NCBI GenBank assembly: GCA_012026655.1 | Contig: JAAILG010000045.1 | Location: 62,001-126,000, forward strand | Length of the DNA stretch: 64,000 bases | DNA from: Hydrolagus affinis | Lineage: Eukaryota | Reading direction: 5' to 3' | Part shown: positions 60,356 to 64,000 of the stretch, piece after piece | Position numbering within the stretch: position 1 is the stretch's first letter | How the letters are laid out: each line of letters starts with the position of its first letter | Position numbers and translations under genes: made by a program | The notes under the pieces: model-generated | Databases searched by the model: none | What the model saw: the letters and a program-made list of their open reading frames with translations, nothing else | What the model was told of the DNA's origin: nothing

Positions 60356-63300
60356 CAGGTATACTTTTACCTGTGTATGTCCACGTGTTAACATGAGTGA
60401 ACAAGTTAGCAAAACTTTTCATATTTCTTTAACGTTTCCATAGCAATTCTGGAGTAATAAATAATTATCACTTTATAATTGTTATAATACTAATCCTTTC
60501 ATTTGATATAGGCCTTTTCACATCAGGAGAACATCTCAAAGCCCATCAAAGGATTTACTAAAAAGTGTTGTGACTGTGTATTTTTGTAGATAATGCCTGG
60601 AGATTACAAAGATACAGATTATACAACATACACAATATTTCAGATGCTATGCATAAAGATGTAGATGTGAAGGACCATCAAATAGTAAGTGGTATTCCTG
60701 TAGTCCTCTCTTAACTGAGCTGTCATAATAATGATACCGCTATGCCCAGCAATCGAGTATAATCACGCTCAGAGCAGAGGTCTAAATATATCCATAGACA
60801 TAAAGTAAAGGGGAGAGATTAAGAAGGCAACAGCCAAGCAACCAAATCGCCACCATAGCATGATAGTGTTAATCATATAGATAATGCGATCCCTGATGGC
60901 AGACTTAACAATGAGCCAGAAAAAGGAGAAAATTATTCAGTGGAATATACAACTCTTGTTATTTCAAAAGGGATTCTTTGATTAAGCAGTCTATGTGGGG
61001 ACTCCTATCACCTATCATCGAGAGAAATGTCATTCACATAACGTTACTTATGGGAACTCTGCCCTGAAAATTAATTGAATAGGAAAGAGATTGCACAAGT
61101 TGATGTCTTTCCTCGCCAAGGGACACTATTTGAAATCATTTTTAAAATAGGTGATGCAAGCATAGGACTTTCAATAATTTTTAAGAAATTAATGTTAAGA
61201 TTGAATGGTGAGCAGCAGAATTGCTAATCTTTTTTTTATTTCTAGATATGTCAACAAAGCAGCAGGAATTTGAGGATTAATGAGAAAGGTTTTTAGAACA
61301 AACACCGGGAAACTTTTGTACACATATATACAATACACACACAGAAACAAGTTACCAGGTAGGGCGGAGGAAACCATTTGCTTCTATGAAAGATAATAAA
61401 ATAGAGAGGAATGTTGAGATGAAATGGCTGAATCTCTCATGCAGTAATCCATCTAAATTGTGGAATTTGCAAAATGATTGCTGGATGAGGAAACATGCAG
61501 GAATCAGATGAGGTTCTCTGGAACTGCACTAAATGCCAATCTCAATTCCAGTTTGCAGACTGAAGATTGCAACTTCAGCACCCAGCTGCAGATCAATCTC
61601 TGGGAATAGTTCAATATTCATAATTTCCAAGTTTGTGCAATGTAGACATTAATTGTATTGCAAACCATTCAATAAAATCACTTAACTGAACTCTATTATT
61701 AACTCTCTGTACTAGGCTTATCTTGATATTCCTCCTAAAGTCACAATCAGCCCCCATATGGGCTAAGGGAAAAGAGCAGAGTAATGACAACCTAATGCTC
61801 AACTTAGCCATTTTTATCACAATACCATGGGTGGTGGGTGAGATAAGACCACTGGAAGTGAATCTAAAAGTTACCATGATAGATAGGATCAGTTCCCTGG
61901 ACAGCTGAAGTTATTACATGTCAAGTCCTAAACTCGGGAAATGAAGCCGTTCAGTGTAGCATTTCAAATGGTGATGGGAAAGGATATATTTACCACATAG
62001 TGGACAGATGGCCCACTTTACACTATCAGTGTGGTGTTTTCACATGTATGCAGATGACATTCAAAACAACCTCTAACACTTCTACCTTTGATTAAATCTG
62101 ATAAAGTTCTGGATGAGCCTAAACTTTCATTCAGCTAAAACTTGCAGCCATTTTTTGGAATCTTTATCATAGCATCTGCCTTCATCCCAATCTCATTCCC
62201 AATGTTGCCAAAACCAAATGCTTTCATATGTACTGTATATAGGAAATCAAATATTGTAATAGATTTCAAAAGTGAAGGCAATCTCAGTTTAGTATTTCTC
62301 AGTTTTTCTCAATCTCAGTTTAGTATATAATATTATACAAATATACAGTCCATTCACTTTACAGTAAGCGCTTTGAGACCAAAGGATTAGTATTATTAGT
62401 AATAATCATAACAAAAAGACTAAGCATTTTTTTATATTCTCTATTCCGTAAAAACCTCTCAGACTGTGGGAGCAGATTAACTTTGACTTGGATATTTTAA
62501 CTCATGCTTAGAGTCCAGGCTTTTATCTTGCAGCTTATGCAAACTCTTGGGTGTTTTGTAATGAGGGGAAAATGCATTCCATGTTTAGAAAGGTTCACCA
62601 TCGAATCACAGACTCCAGGTTAGAAAAAGAAAATCCAACGATTTAAACTTATATAGCGCCATATGTGCATATTGGGAGGGTGTCCCAGAGTGCTTGAAAA
62701 GCATTTTCTTTTTCTAACTATTTAGAACAACCCTTTTCAACATAAAAAGCATTTTTCCCTCATTACAGAACATACAATAAATGAGTAGCAAGCTGCAGCA
62801 TAAAAGCTTGCACTGTGCAATCATTAACACACTCACAAAGGTGACCCTCTCAAAAGCTATCTGCTTCATTTCCTTTAGTGGAAAATGGCACTGATGGATA
62901 TTTGTTTTTACATCAGCCTGAAATGTTTTGTTTCTACAGTTTATGACTAATATTCAAACTGGACTTTGGACAGGCTTTCCTAAGTTTCTTTCCTAGGCTG
63001 AAGCAGAACATTCCGTTTAATCATCTAGTTAACTGGTACCAGTCAGATTACCACAGGGTTCAGCCAAATTGTTGAGGCAAAGGTGATATAGTTCTAAAGA
63101 CAGTGACATAATTTACAGAATGAATGGGGGCAGAATCCATAGGAGGAAAACATGTGGAAACCTTTGATAAATCATACTGTAGTATTTAATTAAAAAACTA
63201 CAGAGTGATTCAAATCTGCTTTTGAGATTTACTGATGCCCTCAGCCTCTTCTAGTTGTAGATGCAGTTTGTATGAAATAATTAGCAACAGACGGATTTCT

Positions 63301-64000
63301 GTGTCACCATAGTGGTGTCCTGGAATACATTTATTGTAATTGCATTGAACCTTACAGTATGTCGGTAGAAATGGAACTGTGCATTAGCTCTTTGGCTCGT
63401 TAGCGAGTTTCAAGCTTAGTGTATAGAAAGACCTGACCTGCAGTGACCCTGTTGTCTTTGGGTCTGGCTGGACGACAGAGTAAATCTGCTGAAAAATAAC
63501 ACAGTTTTGATGTACATGGAGGTGTAGGTGTAGAAATCTCAGCAGCCAGTGGGGAGCTGATTACACAGGGTACAGTCTGACACAACACAGTAGGGGAATC
63601 CTTAGGTGAATCATCCTGACAAGGTTTTCTTTAATAGTAGAATGTTTTGATGGTGGCTAGGGAAGCGGATTCATCCATCACTAGGACGAGCTGTTTCTAT
63701 CAATGAGTTCTTCATGTCCATATTTTAGAACCTTTTGACTGTTGTGACTTGCAAGAGATTGTTAACTTGACGACCTCAAAATTTAATATACACATCCACT
63801 GCTGGGAGGCATTTCTTTGAAGGGCGGCTAAATGTTTGTAGCGCTTCCTGATGGATTTGCTCCAGAACCTGCCTCCCACGCAACGAGCTCTCAAGATGCA
63901 CATTTTGCAATTATTGGATTTGAAATATAGTATAATGTTCTGTCCCCTTCTCTCCCTCACCACCTGAAATCTTCCATTTCTTAAATTTGAAACTCTCTTC

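Noticed and set aside
63435-63965. Minus-strand exon-like segments near the window end
   Set aside because: No recognisable product; cannot be evaluated without the adjacent sequence.

Overview
AT-rich vertebrate genomic DNA with a single 100-N scaffold gap at 17051-17150. The repeat content (Deu-domain tRNA SINEs, L2 and CR1 LINEs, a Penelope terminus) points to a cartilaginous fish, possibly a chimaera; this is inference. One spliced protein-coding gene is well supported, on the minus strand. Its coding exons are 36162-36090 (signal peptide), 31625-30746 (mucin-like Ser/Thr/Pro region, Lys-rich tract, Cys cluster) and 26467-25381 (14 LRRs plus C-terminal ear). All junctions are GT-AG and phase-compatible, giving an approximately 679-aa secreted class-I-type small leucine-rich proteoglycan (SLRP), ECM2-like but with an unusual N-terminus. 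The rest is intron/intergenic DNA with about 20 copies of a young tRNA/CORE-like/Deu SINE, an older Deu SINE, many 5'-truncated L2 and CR1 fragments, an inverted Penelope-type pair carrying hammerhead-ribozyme motifs, and two MITEs. Almost all other ORFs in the track are repeat-derived or chance. There are no prokaryotic features, CRISPR arrays or rRNA, and no intact tRNA. Repeat boundaries were read by eye and are approximate (about +/-20 bp) unless junctions are quoted.
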